A DNA stretch of 64,000 nt from Nitrososphaeria archaeon (GTDB taxonomy: Archaea; Thermoproteota; Nitrososphaeria; JACIWG01), in contig JBEKIG010000004.1 in the NCBI GenBank assembly GCA_050011875.1, forward strand, positions 196,028 to 260,027, read 5' to 3'. Positions within the stretch are counted from its first letter, which is position 1. Each line of letters opens with the position of its first letter. The notes under the pieces are model-generated. The model was not told where the DNA came from. It worked only from the letters and a program-made list of their open reading frames with translations, and searched no databases. Position numbers and translations under genes: made by a program. This document shows, in pieces, positions 19,429 through 29,710 of the stretch.

Positions 19429-19770
19429 TTACCTAAAGACCTTACCGCTGATGTGTAAATCTGTTCTTTCAGTTAATCCCTTTCCAAGTACCCCATCTAG
19501 GCGTTTTGAAACTTTCCCATTTTTGAATAGAAGTACTGTAGGTACTACTTCCACAGAATATTTATTCAAGAGATTTAACTTATCATCTATCTTTACACAT
19601 AAACAATTTTTTACATTATCTTTAGCATATCTCTCAAATACCGGTAAGAACCTTGAGGAAAAAGGGCACCAAGACGCATAGAAACGAATGAAAACTTTAT
19701 CTTTGGATTAAAGTATGTTGTCGAGGTCACCTTCGCCATCGATTAGCTTGCAATTATCGATTTTACTCAT
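19429..19770 (-). pseudogene. Thioredoxin-like protein (WCPFS) with in-frame TAA
   Basis: Manual translation: MSKIDNCKLIDGEGDLDNIL*SKDKVFIRFYASWCPFS...VVPTVLLFKNGK. TAA at 19710-19708. Confidence 0.85.
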
Positions 19771-19788
19771 CAAACTTCTCTCTCCATG

Positions 19789-20490
19789 TTATTCGGGATA
19801 ATGGCTGCTGTCACAGAAAGGTTTGTTTGAAGACTTACCGCAGCGGCAAAGGGTAACTCGATTGCGAACTTCGTAAACCTTTCCGTCAGCTGATTCGATC
19901 GGAATGCCACCGCGAACCCAGAGGGGACCACTAACCCCTACTTTGGGGTCTTCAACCAATATAATGGACCTTTCAAAATCTGGTTCCATCGCTTTTCCAT
20001 TTTTTTTATCCCAAACAACTAAAGTACCAGATGGGCAGTCCCCAGCTTCTTCGATGGCTATTCTATTAGCTTCAGGGTCATCCTTTTGCGATACCAGATC
20101 CCAGATTCCTCCAGCTCGGTGGCAGAAACGTGCTGATGCGCATAAACTCTCATCATCGGTTAATTTTAAAACTGGACCAACGATCTCTTTAGCCCTATTA
20201 ACGTAAGGTTCACGACTTCCCGTCTCAGTGCAGTTGAAATTAACTTTTGAGTGTGTCCCATCACAGAACGGTTTTTCCTTAGACTGGCCGCAGCGGCAAA
20301 GGGTGTAATTCTCATGAGGTGGGTATTTATTGCTCACTTTCCACTCAACAGAAGTTCCTTCATTGTCTGTGCCGATTATCATCTTTATCAAGGGGATTCC
20401 ACCAGAAACAAGATAGGGACCATTCTTGCATACCTTGATCTTACACTTATCATTGATATTCCCTATATAATTTACGTTCCTAGTCGTCAT
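19789..20490 (-). CDS. CDGSH iron-sulfur domain protein
   Basis: LCRCGQSKEKPFCDGTH and LCRCGKSSNKPFCDSSH flanking a divergent ferredoxin-like domain. Confidence 0.92.
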   Translation of the reverse strand: MTTRNVNYIGNINDKCKIKVCKNGPYLVSGGIPLIKMIIGTDNEGTSVEWKVSNKYPPHENYTLCRCGQSKEKPFCDGTHSKVNFNCTETGSREPYVNRAKEIVGPVLKLTDDESLCASARFCHRAGGIWDLVSQKDDPEANRIAIEEAGDCPSGTLVVWDKKNGKAMEPDFERSIILVEDPKVGVSGPLWVRGGIPIESADGKVYEVRNRVTLCRCGKSSNKPFCDSSHYPE

Positions 20491-20768
20491 ATCCTAATCT
20501 TTCTCTTTCCCTATTGAGACCTCAAAGAAGAGAATTAAATGTATCCATAAATTGGTCACAATAAATTTTGTAATATATCATTTTATTCATGATTTTTAAC
20601 ATGATATAATATCGTTCTTTCTAAATCATTGATCTTCAGCAAAAAGCAAATCACCGCAAAGCATTATTATCTTAAATACCAAATTCCAAATTTTCTCAAG
20701 CATCCGTTCTTTATTAAAAGAATCGGATGTTAGAAACCTTTATTAAATATGAGCTAGAAATTAATTCT

Positions 20769-21305
20769 ATGTCTGCAAGGCAAATATGGATTATGCGCGA
20801 CTATCCAAAATGCACCGGCTGTCGAAGGTGTGAAATCGCGTGTTCCCTATACCATGAGAAGAAAATCTGGCCTGAAGCATCTAGGGTAAGAGTTTTCATG
20901 CTGGCTCCAGGTCTAGAATATCCACACTTGTGCACCCAATGCCATGACTATCCTTGTGTGGAATCCTGTCCAACAGAGCCTAAAGCGCTTTCAGTTGATG
21001 CGAAAACTGGTGCTGTTCTTGTCGATCGGGAACTTTGTATCAGCTGCATGAAATGTATTAAAGCGTGCCCGGGTCACGTCCCATTCCTTCACCCTAGTGA
21101 TAAAAAATCAACCATCTGCGATCTTTGCAACGGTGATCCACAGTGTGTTAAGGTCTGCCAAGAAGCTAAGTATGATGTCTTAAGGACAATACAATACGAT
21201 AAAGGGAAAGGCGATGCGCTTATCTTTAAAGTTTATGCGAAAACACCCAAGGAAATAACGGAAGGGCTCTCCGAGTTAATTTATGGAGAGAATTTTGAAG
21301 TGTGA
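20769..21305 (+). CDS. 4Fe-4S dicluster protein (AOR partner)
   Basis: Four Cys clusters; overlaps the AOR start. Confidence 0.9.
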   Translation: MSARQIWIMRDYPKCTGCRRCEIACSLYHEKKIWPEASRVRVFMLAPGLEYPHLCTQCHDYPCVESCPTEPKALSVDAKTGAVLVDRELCISCMKCIKACPGHVPFLHPSDKKSTICDLCNGDPQCVKVCQEAKYDVLRTIQYDKGKGDALIFKVYAKTPKEITEGLSELIYGENFEV

Positions 21306-23170
21306 TAAAAATGAATGGATATGCTGGAAAGTTTGCAGAAATAAATCTTGACGATGGAAAGATTAAGGAAATTAAATTTGATGAGAAAACTCTAAGAAAA
21401 TATATTGGCGGTAGAGGTTTGTCTGCTAAAGTCTTATGGGATAGGCTAGGGGATAGATGGGAAGAGATTGACCCATTGGGTCCAGATAATATTTTAACAC
21501 TCTTTTCTGGTCCACTCACAGGATACTACCCCGGCGGCCGCCTTTGTGTTTCAGGGAAGTCCCCACAGAGCAATGGCATTACCGGAAGCACTGTTGCAGG
21601 TGAATTTGCAGTCGATCTCAGATGCGCTGGATGGGACGGCCTAATCATATTAGGCGCTGCAGAAAAACCCTCCTACATTTTGGTGAGAGATTCCTCAATT
21701 GAAATAAGGAACGCCAGTCATGTCTGGGGAAAGGACGGAAAAAAGGTTTCACTGACCCTGTCAAAGGAGGTTAGAGAAGAATGGAACAGGAAGTACCCTA
21801 GTCGAGAATGGAAAGAGCCTTCGATGGTGTACGTGGGACCAGCTGGACAGAACAAGACCAGAGTTGCTGCAGTGGAGTCAAAGTGGGCTCATGGAGCGGG
21901 ATATGGCGGATACGGCGGTGTAATGGGGTCTAAGAATCTTGTCGCTGTTCTGGCAAGAGGAACCGGACCTTTGCCTGACGTCTACGATCAACCAAAGGTC
22001 TTGGAGCTTCTCGACCAAGTGGCTAAAGAATGCATAAACAACGATAGCATGAGAAGGTGGGGTACAGGTAGTGCTGGATTTTCTGTTGGAAGCACAACGA
22101 GTTCTGAGCCTGTAAGGAACTGGCAGGAGGAGTGGCATGACGAAAGATCATACGGCGTTGACCAGTTTGAAAGTAGGGTTTGGGTAAAAAGGTACTGGGC
22201 TGACTTCGGATGTCCGACATCCTGCGAAAAACTTTCAGTGGTCAGGACGGGAGAGTTCAAGGGGGCTATAACCGATAACCCAGACTATGAGACGCAAGCC
22301 TACTGCGGACCAAACGTAGGCGTCTTTGTCCCAGAGGCGAGCGTCTACTTGAATTCGTGCCTGGAAGACCTTGGGTTCTGTGGAATACAGGGTGGTAACG
22401 TGCTAGGTTTCACAGGCGAACTCTACCAACGCGGTATACTTACAAAGGAGGAGTTGGGCGGTGTAGAACTTAAATGGGGTGACACCAAAGCGTTTGCAAA
22501 GATTGCAGAAATGATCGCCTACCGTAAAGGCGTAGGCAATATACTTGCTGAAGGCACATATCGGGCAGCCATAAAATTAGGAAAGATGAAGGGGCAAGAC
22601 CTGCTTAAATATGCTATCCAATGTAAGGGTATTTCCCTAGGTGCCCACGGCATCAGAAGCGGCCTCGATTACGTCCCCGTAATGGGGTATACGTGTGGCG
22701 CCCAGGGAGGAGATCACACCTCTGTGGCTTATCTTCCAGTAACCCATTCCGGCAGTGAGCACAGCACAATCCTGCAAGACTCTGGCGTGTACTGCATGTT
22801 CAACGCGGGACCTATGACGCCACAGTTCCAGATAGATTTCCTGAACGCTGTCACGGGATTCAACATCACAGCCGATGAGTGGTATAACGATATCGCTTTA
22901 TCAATTATACAGATCCAGAGAGCTGCGCTGCTGATCGGAGGGCCGGACGCTAAATGGGCTGGAATAGACGAAAACCCGCCAAGGTTCTATGAACCGCTGC
23001 CGTCAGGTCCACACAAAGGAAAAGTCACCGACATCAAAGAGGTGGAAGAAATGAAGCTTGAGTACTACAAGGTGGTTGGCTGGAATGAAAAGGGAGTTCC
23101 CACATCTGAAACTTTGAAAAAGCTGGGACTGGAGGATGTGGACAGAATCTTGTCGAAGAAGCTAAAATAG
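21302..23170 (+). CDS. Tungsten aldehyde:ferredoxin oxidoreductase family protein
   Basis: YIGGRGL, KSPQS, GVMGSKNL and LAEG motifs; C-terminal GVPTSETLKKLGL. Confidence 0.92.
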   Translation: MIKMNGYAGKFAEINLDDGKIKEIKFDEKTLRKYIGGRGLSAKVLWDRLGDRWEEIDPLGPDNILTLFSGPLTGYYPGGRLCVSGKSPQSNGITGSTVAGEFAVDLRCAGWDGLIILGAAEKPSYILVRDSSIEIRNASHVWGKDGKKVSLTLSKEVREEWNRKYPSREWKEPSMVYVGPAGQNKTRVAAVESKWAHGAGYGGYGGVMGSKNLVAVLARGTGPLPDVYDQPKVLELLDQVAKECINNDSMRRWGTGSAGFSVGSTTSSEPVRNWQEEWHDERSYGVDQFESRVWVKRYWADFGCPTSCEKLSVVRTGEFKGAITDNPDYETQAYCGPNVGVFVPEASVYLNSCLEDLGFCGIQGGNVLGFTGELYQRGILTKEELGGVELKWGDTKAFAKIAEMIAYRKGVGNILAEGTYRAAIKLGKMKGQDLLKYAIQCKGISLGAHGIRSGLDYVPVMGYTCGAQGGDHTSVAYLPVTHSGSEHSTILQDSGVYCMFNAGPMTPQFQIDFLNAVTGFNITADEWYNDIALSIIQIQRAALLIGGPDAKWAGIDENPPRFYEPLPSGPHKGKVTDIKEVEEMKLEYYKVVGWNEKGVPTSETLKKLGLEDVDRILSKKLK

Positions 23171-23322
23171 ACCTCTAACCGAGCCCCTTTTTTACAATTA
23201 TTGTTACTCTCTTATACAGCTTAGTGATTTTCTTCATAGCCCAAATCATCCCTTTCAGAAATATACCCGAAAAAGTTCGGGAAATACTTAATTATGACAA
23301 GCTCAAATTAATTACGATTAAT

Positions 23323-23514
23323 ATGGTAGAAGAAGTATGTCCAAACTGCAAGGAGAAAATTTCAGTTCATGACGACACTGTAGTAAAGAAGATAGGTGGC
23401 AAAACAATGAAGTTCTGCTCCCTGGCCTGCGCTGATGCCTATAAGGAAGTTGGCAAGAAACGTGAAGAATTAGCAAAAGAAAAAAAAGGCACATTGTTTG
23501 GTCCAGCCGTATAG
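23323..23514 (+). CDS. TRASH/YHS-like small metal-binding protein
   Basis: CPNC...KFCSLACA; ATG 23323 preferred over the track start. Confidence 0.75.
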   Translation: MVEEVCPNCKEKISVHDDTVVKKIGGKTMKFCSLACADAYKEVGKKREELAKEKKGTLFGPAV

Positions 23515-23582
23515 AAATTGGGGATGAAAAAGTCCCGAACTTGAAATTTGAACCTTACTCCTTTTTTTGATAAAGCTTAAAG

Positions 23583-23903
23583 TTACGTTATCACTACCGT
23601 TTTGGGATACTCTTTACCAGAGTAGGTGTATAACACCATGTTTGTTATACCCGCAGGTAGCGAGGAACTGAAGTTTAGAATAATAGTTTCTGATCCTCTT
23701 TCCTTGAGATAAATTGGTGTCCTTGGGTTCGATCTTCCTCCGTTTACCGCATTCAAAGGCTTACCTTCAATTAATATTTTGGTGATGATGGCCTCTATGG
23801 TCCCTATATTTTTGACGTTTATTAGTATCTCTGACCTGCTATTTGAAATCGCCCATATGTCGAGGTATTCGAAACCCCTCTTGGCCTGGGAGCTCATAGT
23901 CAT
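23583..23903 (-). CDS. Archaeal pilin-like globular domain lacking N-terminal hydrophobic helix
   Basis: INVKNIG...ITKILIEG...LYTYSGKEYP pattern resembles archaeal pilin C-domains. Confidence 0.5.
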   Translation of the reverse strand: MTMSSQAKRGFEYLDIWAISNSRSEILINVKNIGTIEAIITKILIEGKPLNAVNGGRSNPRTPIYLKERGSETIILNFSSSLPAGITNMVLYTYSGKEYPKTVVIT

Positions 23904-24007
23904 CTCTGGAAATATGACTGCAACATGCTATTTAAAATTAATTCTAAGACAAGTTTTAATATATAGAGTCATTAAAAATCTATATATCTTCAATAACACC
24001 ATTACAA

Positions 24008-24712
24008 ATGAGGGGAGAATTTGTGAATAAGCTGACTCGTGATGAAATCGCAAAAATGGTTGATTACGCCTCCGCTCTAAACGCTAATGCTACAAAAGAC
24101 GACGTTATCAGAAGCTGTGATGATGCTATTGAAAATAAATTTAACGCTGTCGCAGTGACCCCTGATTACGTTGCCCTCGCATCAAAACGACTTAAAGGCA
24201 GCGGAGTTAAAGTTCTAGCTGCTGTCGGCTTTCCTTGGGGTTCAAATGCGACTGGAACAAAGGTTGCAGAAACGAAACGTGCGATAGAGGATGGCGCTAA
24301 GGAAATCGACATGGTCATTAACATAGGTTGGCTAAAGTCTGGAGACTACAAGTCCGTAGAAGACGACATCAGAGCAGTAGTCAAAGCCTCAAAGGAAGGA
24401 GGAGAAGATATTATTGTAAAGGTGATCATAGAAATTGGCTACTTGACTGATGATGAAAAAATAAAGGCAAGTAGACTTATAAGAGATGCTGGAGCGGATT
24501 TTGTCAAGACATGTACGGGAGTAGGTCCCGGCGCGGCAACAATACACGATGTAGCCTTGATTTATAACGCAGTCGGAAAGGAAATAGGGGTTAAAGCGTC
24601 GGGTTCCGTAAATTACCTAGAAGATTTGCTACAACTGCATGAAGCCGGTGCAACTAGGTTCGGGTCTAGATCGTTGGCTTTGATAAACGCGTTGAAAAAG
24701 TTAGAGAAATAG
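24008..24712 (+). CDS. deoC: Deoxyribose-phosphate aldolase
   Basis: VGFPWG, EIDMVINIG, KVIIE, FVKTCTG and GVKASG motifs. Confidence 0.93.
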   Translation: MRGEFVNKLTRDEIAKMVDYASALNANATKDDVIRSCDDAIENKFNAVAVTPDYVALASKRLKGSGVKVLAAVGFPWGSNATGTKVAETKRAIEDGAKEIDMVINIGWLKSGDYKSVEDDIRAVVKASKEGGEDIIVKVIIEIGYLTDDEKIKASRLIRDAGADFVKTCTGVGPGAATIHDVALIYNAVGKEIGVKASGSVNYLEDLLQLHEAGATRFGSRSLALINALKKLEK

Positions 24713-25067
24713 TCATGCGAAAATTAAAGAGTAAAGATTAACATATATTAAAAGAAAGTGCGGAATAGGCGTTAAATTTTACCGCAGTAAATCAACAGTG
24801 AAGAGTAACTAACAGTTTACAATGTAGAAGTCCATTTATTAATTAATCCTTGTGAATTAGAATAATAATTTTCTCACTATTCTGTACAGCATATTTACTA
24901 GAGGCTTAGCTTCGTTCTGGTAATGAAAATATTCAGGTTATTTTGGATTTAATGCTTAAAACCTTTTTCTGCAGAAATGGGTTATTTCCATTTCCGTAAA
25001 GCACCCCCTTGTTTGGAACCAGTTGTCCTTTTAAACAGTTAAATAGAAACTTCCCTTAACTGAATAT

Positions 25068-26129
25068 ATGCTTGGATTGGCGCATTATCCGGAAGGCGAA
25101 TTAAGGCTTTTAAATACGGAGGAACCTAAAATCGGAAAGAACCCTTACGCACCAAACGACACGATTTTGGAGGTAAAATACTGTGGAGTCTGCGGCACAG
25201 ATGTGAAATTCTGGAAGGGGAAAGGTAAGATAATGGGGCCGGAGAAGCCTGTTGTGACAGGCCACGAAATATCAGCTGTCATAAAAGACGTTGGCGAAAA
25301 TGTCGAAGATTTCAAGAAAGGGGACAGAGTCGTCGCTGAAATAGTCACATTCTTTTGTGGCCGATGCGTAAACTGTAAACAAGGAAAAGTCAACATCTGT
25401 TGCAACATGCCCCACAGAGAACAGAGAGTCTACTTTACAACTGGGGGAGGATTTGCCAGATATGCTGCTTGGCCCTCTTACTGCTTGCATAGGTTACCCG
25501 ATGAAATATCTCTTGAAGAAGCGTCCCTGATTGAGACGACCGCGGGCAGCGTTCACGCTATAATTGAAAGAGCTAACCTCACGGCAGGCGAATCCATAAT
25601 AATCTTTGGCCCAGGTGCAAGGGGGCTTGTAATGCTGCAGATCGCAAAATCACTCGGTGCATACCCGATAATTGTGGCCGGTACGAGCACCGATGAAGTA
25701 AAAAGGCTCAAGATGGCTAAAGAGCTTGGAGCAGACGAGGTTCTGAACGTCGAGAAGGAGGATGTAAAAAAGGCCGTGAAATCTTACACGAAAAACTGGG
25801 GCGCGGACGTAGTTATTGAGTGCGCAGGAAGCGCAGAAGCGGTTCTGCAGGGTATCAGGTCGGTTAGACCAGGGGGTAGGATGATATTGTCAGGTGGTGG
25901 AACTGTTACGTTGGATACTGGGGACCTGATCGAAAAAGAAGTGTCATTAATTGGAGAAGTTTCGCACATATGGACTTCTTGGGAGACAGCCATCACACTT
26001 GTCAAAAGTGGTAAAGTAAAGCTTAAGCCTCTGATCTCACATATTTTTCCTCTGGCCAGCTGGGAGGAAGCGTTCCGCACAGCCGCAGACAACAAAATAT
26101 CTCTGAAAGTCCTCATCAAACCAGAATAG
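25068..26129 (+). CDS. Zn-dependent alcohol/polyol dehydrogenase
   Basis: GVCGTD, GHE and CGRCVNC..C motifs. Confidence 0.92.
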   Translation: MLGLAHYPEGELRLLNTEEPKIGKNPYAPNDTILEVKYCGVCGTDVKFWKGKGKIMGPEKPVVTGHEISAVIKDVGENVEDFKKGDRVVAEIVTFFCGRCVNCKQGKVNICCNMPHREQRVYFTTGGGFARYAAWPSYCLHRLPDEISLEEASLIETTAGSVHAIIERANLTAGESIIIFGPGARGLVMLQIAKSLGAYPIIVAGTSTDEVKRLKMAKELGADEVLNVEKEDVKKAVKSYTKNWGADVVIECAGSAEAVLQGIRSVRPGGRMILSGGGTVTLDTGDLIEKEVSLIGEVSHIWTSWETAITLVKSGKVKLKPLISHIFPLASWEEAFRTAADNKISLKVLIKPE

Positions 26130-26503
26130 CTTAACAAAATTAAGAAAAATTCGATCTGTTTCAATAAAGGGATACTGCAGCAGTATAGATCATCGTACTG
26201 TAGAGACTGATTTAGGTTGAAGCCTTAATCCCCGACGTATCAGTTAGAGCCTTGAAATATATTAAAAGAGAGGAGGGAATATTGTCACATACCATTCATT
26301 ATGCTATAGCAAAGGCACTGATTAAAGAGACCGCCAAATGAATAGCTAATGTTTTGTGAATAAAGCAGATCACGAAAATTATTTTTTCTCTAATGATAAG
26401 ATAAGAAGCAAATGGTCAAAGACAAAGTTAGGTAAATAAGAAGAAAATTCTGAAGATTAGGATAGCTTTTTATAATTCTGCAGGGAATGAATATTGAGAC
26501 CGA

Positions 26504-26638
26504 ATGCCTAGGTGTGACGTGTGCGGCAAAATCGTAAAGGATGTAGCTAAGCACAAGAGAAGAAAGAGATGTGGCGCAAAGACGTCCCCTCCCCCAACGT
26601 TAGACAATCTAAGAAACAGGATAGCACACGGTTGGTGA
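26504..26638 (+). CDS. 44-aa zinc-finger microprotein
   Basis: MPRCDVCGKIVKDVAKHKRRKRCG...; TATA-like TTTTTATAAT about 30 nt upstream. Confidence 0.65.
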   Translation: MPRCDVCGKIVKDVAKHKRRKRCGAKTSPPPTLDNLRNRIAHGW

Positions 26639-26773
26639 CATAAATGTCTGCGACTTTCGTAAAAAGGTCAGAGTATTAAGACTCATCACGCACCTGTTGT
26701 TGGACACGTATTTTGGATCAAATTCCCTGACATTTATTGATTATAGGAGTTATGATGTTTGTCTGGTGGGGAC

Positions 26774-28210
26774 TTAGTCTTTCGGAAGTTTGTAATGTTC
26801 AGTGATTATGTGATGGTATTCTTCTGGTTCGACAAGTGACCCGAACGCCCTCTGTACAACTTCGCTTAATGAGGGATGTATGTGCATTCCCTGTGTAATC
26901 GGGTTAACACTCTGCGATGGCGTATACATCAGGTTTATGATTTCCTGTATAAGGATAGAGGCGGAGGGTCCAATAACATGCGCGCCCAAGATCTTCCTTT
27001 CTTTCTTCTCAACGATTACTTTCACGAAGTAGTCCTTTACGTTCATTGCCAGCCCCTTGGCCGTGTCTTCGTATCTTTCTACACCTATCACTATGTCGTC
27101 TGAACCGTATCTTTCAAGTGCTTCCTTCTCCTTTAACCCCACACTAGCAACTTCCGGGTAGGCGAATATAGCGTGTGGGACGGCGTGATAGTCCACTTCC
27201 ATCTTTTTCCCAAGTACCGCGTTGTAGTATACGACAAGAGCTTCATAGTTTGCGACATGCTTGAACATGTATTTGCCATCTGCGTCGCCGAGCGCCCAAA
27301 CGTTGGGCTGTGAAGTTTGAAGGTATTTGTCAACGATAATCCATCCTTCTTTGTCCGTCTTTATCCCACCTCTTTCGGGGTGCAGGATGTCGCTGTTGGA
27401 GCTTCTTCCTGAAGCAACTAAAATTTCATCCACTTCTATCACTACTTCTTCTCCGTCTACCCTGTTTACAGCGGTGACCTTCTTTTTATTCGCTGAAGCA
27501 TTTTCTACCCTGCGTACTTCAAGACCTGTCATCACAATCATGTGCTTCTGGAACTCACGTTTAGCTAACGCAGATATTTCAGGTTCTTCCTCAGGGATAA
27601 ACTTGGGATTTCTGCCTATAATCGTGACCTCCGAACCCATGGCTGATAGGAAGTGCCCATATTCCGCGGCGATGTACCCTCCCCCGATAATAGCTGTGCT
27701 TTTCGGGAGCACATCCATTTTTAAAAACGTGTCACTTGTATAATATTTGACGCTGTCAAGGCCGTCTATTTTTGGTATAGTAGGTTTTGAGCCCGCGCCG
27801 AGAAAGATGAGACCAGAATGTATAGCGTCATCTCCTACCTTTAACATATATGGAGAGATAAACTCTGCAACTGTTGGATAGTAATCGATGTTATTCATAT
27901 GGGTGAGTCCCATCCGAATCGATTCAATATCTTCGTAGATTAGCTTTCTCATCCTATCCATAACGGCCTTGAAATCTATTTCTTCTATAGTTGTGTGTAT
28001 ACCAAATTCTTTAGCTTTTTCGATCGTCCTCACAACCTCCGCGGGATAAAGAAGAATCTTTGATGGAATACAGCCTCGTGTTAGGCAGATCCCTCCAGGC
28101 TCATCCTTATCTATGACCGCGACCTTCGCTTTTGGGTTACCATAAATTAGAGCGTTAACGATTTCGATGACCGAACCCGTGCCTATCGCGATGGCATCAT
28201 ATTCTTTCAT
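26774..28210 (-). CDS. Dihydrolipoamide dehydrogenase / mycothione reductase-like disulfide oxidoreductase
   Basis: GGICLTRGCIPSK, GGGYIAAE and HIHPSLSE motifs. Confidence 0.9.
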   Translation of the reverse strand: MKEYDAIAIGTGSVIEIVNALIYGNPKAKVAVIDKDEPGGICLTRGCIPSKILLYPAEVVRTIEKAKEFGIHTTIEEIDFKAVMDRMRKLIYEDIESIRMGLTHMNNIDYYPTVAEFISPYMLKVGDDAIHSGLIFLGAGSKPTIPKIDGLDSVKYYTSDTFLKMDVLPKSTAIIGGGYIAAEYGHFLSAMGSEVTIIGRNPKFIPEEEPEISALAKREFQKHMIVMTGLEVRRVENASANKKKVTAVNRVDGEEVVIEVDEILVASGRSSNSDILHPERGGIKTDKEGWIIVDKYLQTSQPNVWALGDADGKYMFKHVANYEALVVYYNAVLGKKMEVDYHAVPHAIFAYPEVASVGLKEKEALERYGSDDIVIGVERYEDTAKGLAMNVKDYFVKVIVEKKERKILGAHVIGPSASILIQEIINLMYTPSQSVNPITQGMHIHPSLSEVVQRAFGSLVEPEEYHHIITEHYKLPKD

Positions 28211-28586
28211 ACTGAAAACATTGAATCAGCTTAATATAAGCATGCGCAATAAACATTTACGAATCTAACCAAATAGATGACGGCATCGCTCCAGTTTATT
28301 TGAAAACTATTGCACAGTAACCATGAACGTTATCAAAGGTTTAGAGGTAAACGTAACGACCGAATACGCTTAATTTTTCCTAGAGACCCCCAAATTTCTT
28401 GATATCATTCCTCCTTTTTTCAAATGAACCTTCTATATTACTTTCCTAGAACATCACCCTTTAGCACAACTTCCCTTATTCAATATTTCGTTCAACAAGA
28501 AAGATTCCACAGATAAACAAAAACAAAAAAGAGAGGGGTTAATAGTCGTTAATGTTAAGACTGTCTATCGTTCTGTCCTTTCTACT

Positions 28587-28760
28587 TCACCTACATTCTA
28601 CCGCGGTCCTTCCTCTTAAAATCCACGCCAGTCCGCCTATCGTTAGACCACCCAGTACGAAAGCGGTTGTTAGTGCGATACGTGGGTGCTCTTTTGTCAT
28701 GTCCTCAGCCCTATCGACCCCTATTTTCACATTTTCCTTTATTTTATTCACAGGGTACAT
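28587..28760 (-). CDS. 57-aa tail-anchored small protein (ElaB/YqjD-like pattern)
   Basis: MYPVNKIKENVKIGVDRAEDMTKEHPRIALTTAFVLGGLTIGGLAWILRGRTAVECR*. Confidence 0.55.
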   Translation of the reverse strand: MYPVNKIKENVKIGVDRAEDMTKEHPRIALTTAFVLGGLTIGGLAWILRGRTAVECR

Positions 28761-28906
28761 ATCTATCGTTTCTATTTATGGAGGGGAAGAGAGATAAAAA
28801 TTTCCCGAATATATTCGTGTTATTTCGTAAGAGAGAACATCTGCGAATAAGACGATTTAATTGGACAAAGATCGATTTTCCTAGAAAATTGCATACAAAG
28901 GAAACC

Positions 28907-29710
28907 TTATTCGGGTTCCTTGATCTTTGATAACGTCGTAAGGTATGTACCGTCCGTCAGGTACAGCTTTGTCTTTTCCTCTATCAGGTACTTCATTATA
29001 GTGTTTGAATGTCTTTCCGCAGCCCTGTTTATCGGAATCCCTCCCACTAGTTTGTTGAAGGCTGGTAAAACGATAAGCTTTATGTTCTCCTTTGGGATTC
29101 GAAAGCTTGGCTTGTTTTTCGTATATGCTTCAGCATATCTGCCTCTGTCTATTTCCCCAATAAGCCAGACCGGCTCGAACAGCCTCAGGCCGATGCTGTC
29201 CCTCAACTCGATCATGTAGTGTCCATGTCCGGTTATAATATATGATGTCCGCAGGCTTTCCTCTATCGGCCACGCGTTGCCGTGCAGGAGGGTAAATGAG
29301 CTGCTCTTACATTTTACGTACGTTCCCCTAGATGTGACGATTTGCACATTTTCTGGCAGCAGTTTCCTTATGCCTCCATCATGGTTCCCAAGTGTCACAA
29401 CGATGTGCTCGAACCATTCGTTCAACCTGTTAAAGAACGTCGTAACCTGAAAGAAATCGAAGGATGAAGCCCAGGCGACCTTGTGCTTGACGTCCCCGAG
29501 GATGAACAGACCTTTAGCTCTGTGCTTCTTGCCTATTTCGACCAGTCTGTCTGCTAACGCAGTTGTCCTCTGTGGCAGGCTGATGCCCTTCTTTAACAGT
29601 TCTATCTCGTACCCTATATGAATGTCCGAAACTGCCAGCTCCCTTCTTTTACAGTCCAGTAAAACTGCTGAGTCCTCAAATAATATTCTGAGATCACCCA
29701 TTTTTTTCAA
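28907..29710 (-). CDS. Metallophosphoesterase (Lhr-associated)
   Basis: SDIHIG, GDVKH, GNHD, HG and GHGH motifs. Confidence 0.9.
   Translation of the reverse strand: MKKMGDLRILFEDSAVLLDCKRRELAVSDIHIGYEIELLKKGISLPQRTTALADRLVEIGKKHRAKGLFILGDVKHKVAWASSFDFFQVTTFFNRLNEWFEHIVVTLGNHDGGIRKLLPENVQIVTSRGTYVKCKSSSFTLLHGNAWPIEESLRTSYIITGHGHYMIELRDSIGLRLFEPVWLIGEIDRGRYAEAYTKNKPSFRIPKENIKLIVLPAFNKLVGGIPINRAAERHSNTIMKYLIEEKTKLYLTDGTYLTTLSKIKEPE

Noticed and set aside
19409-19681. Plus-strand 90-aa ORF
   Set aside because: It is the antisense shadow of the thioredoxin pseudogene. The many short track ORFs antisense to long genes were dismissed for the same reason.
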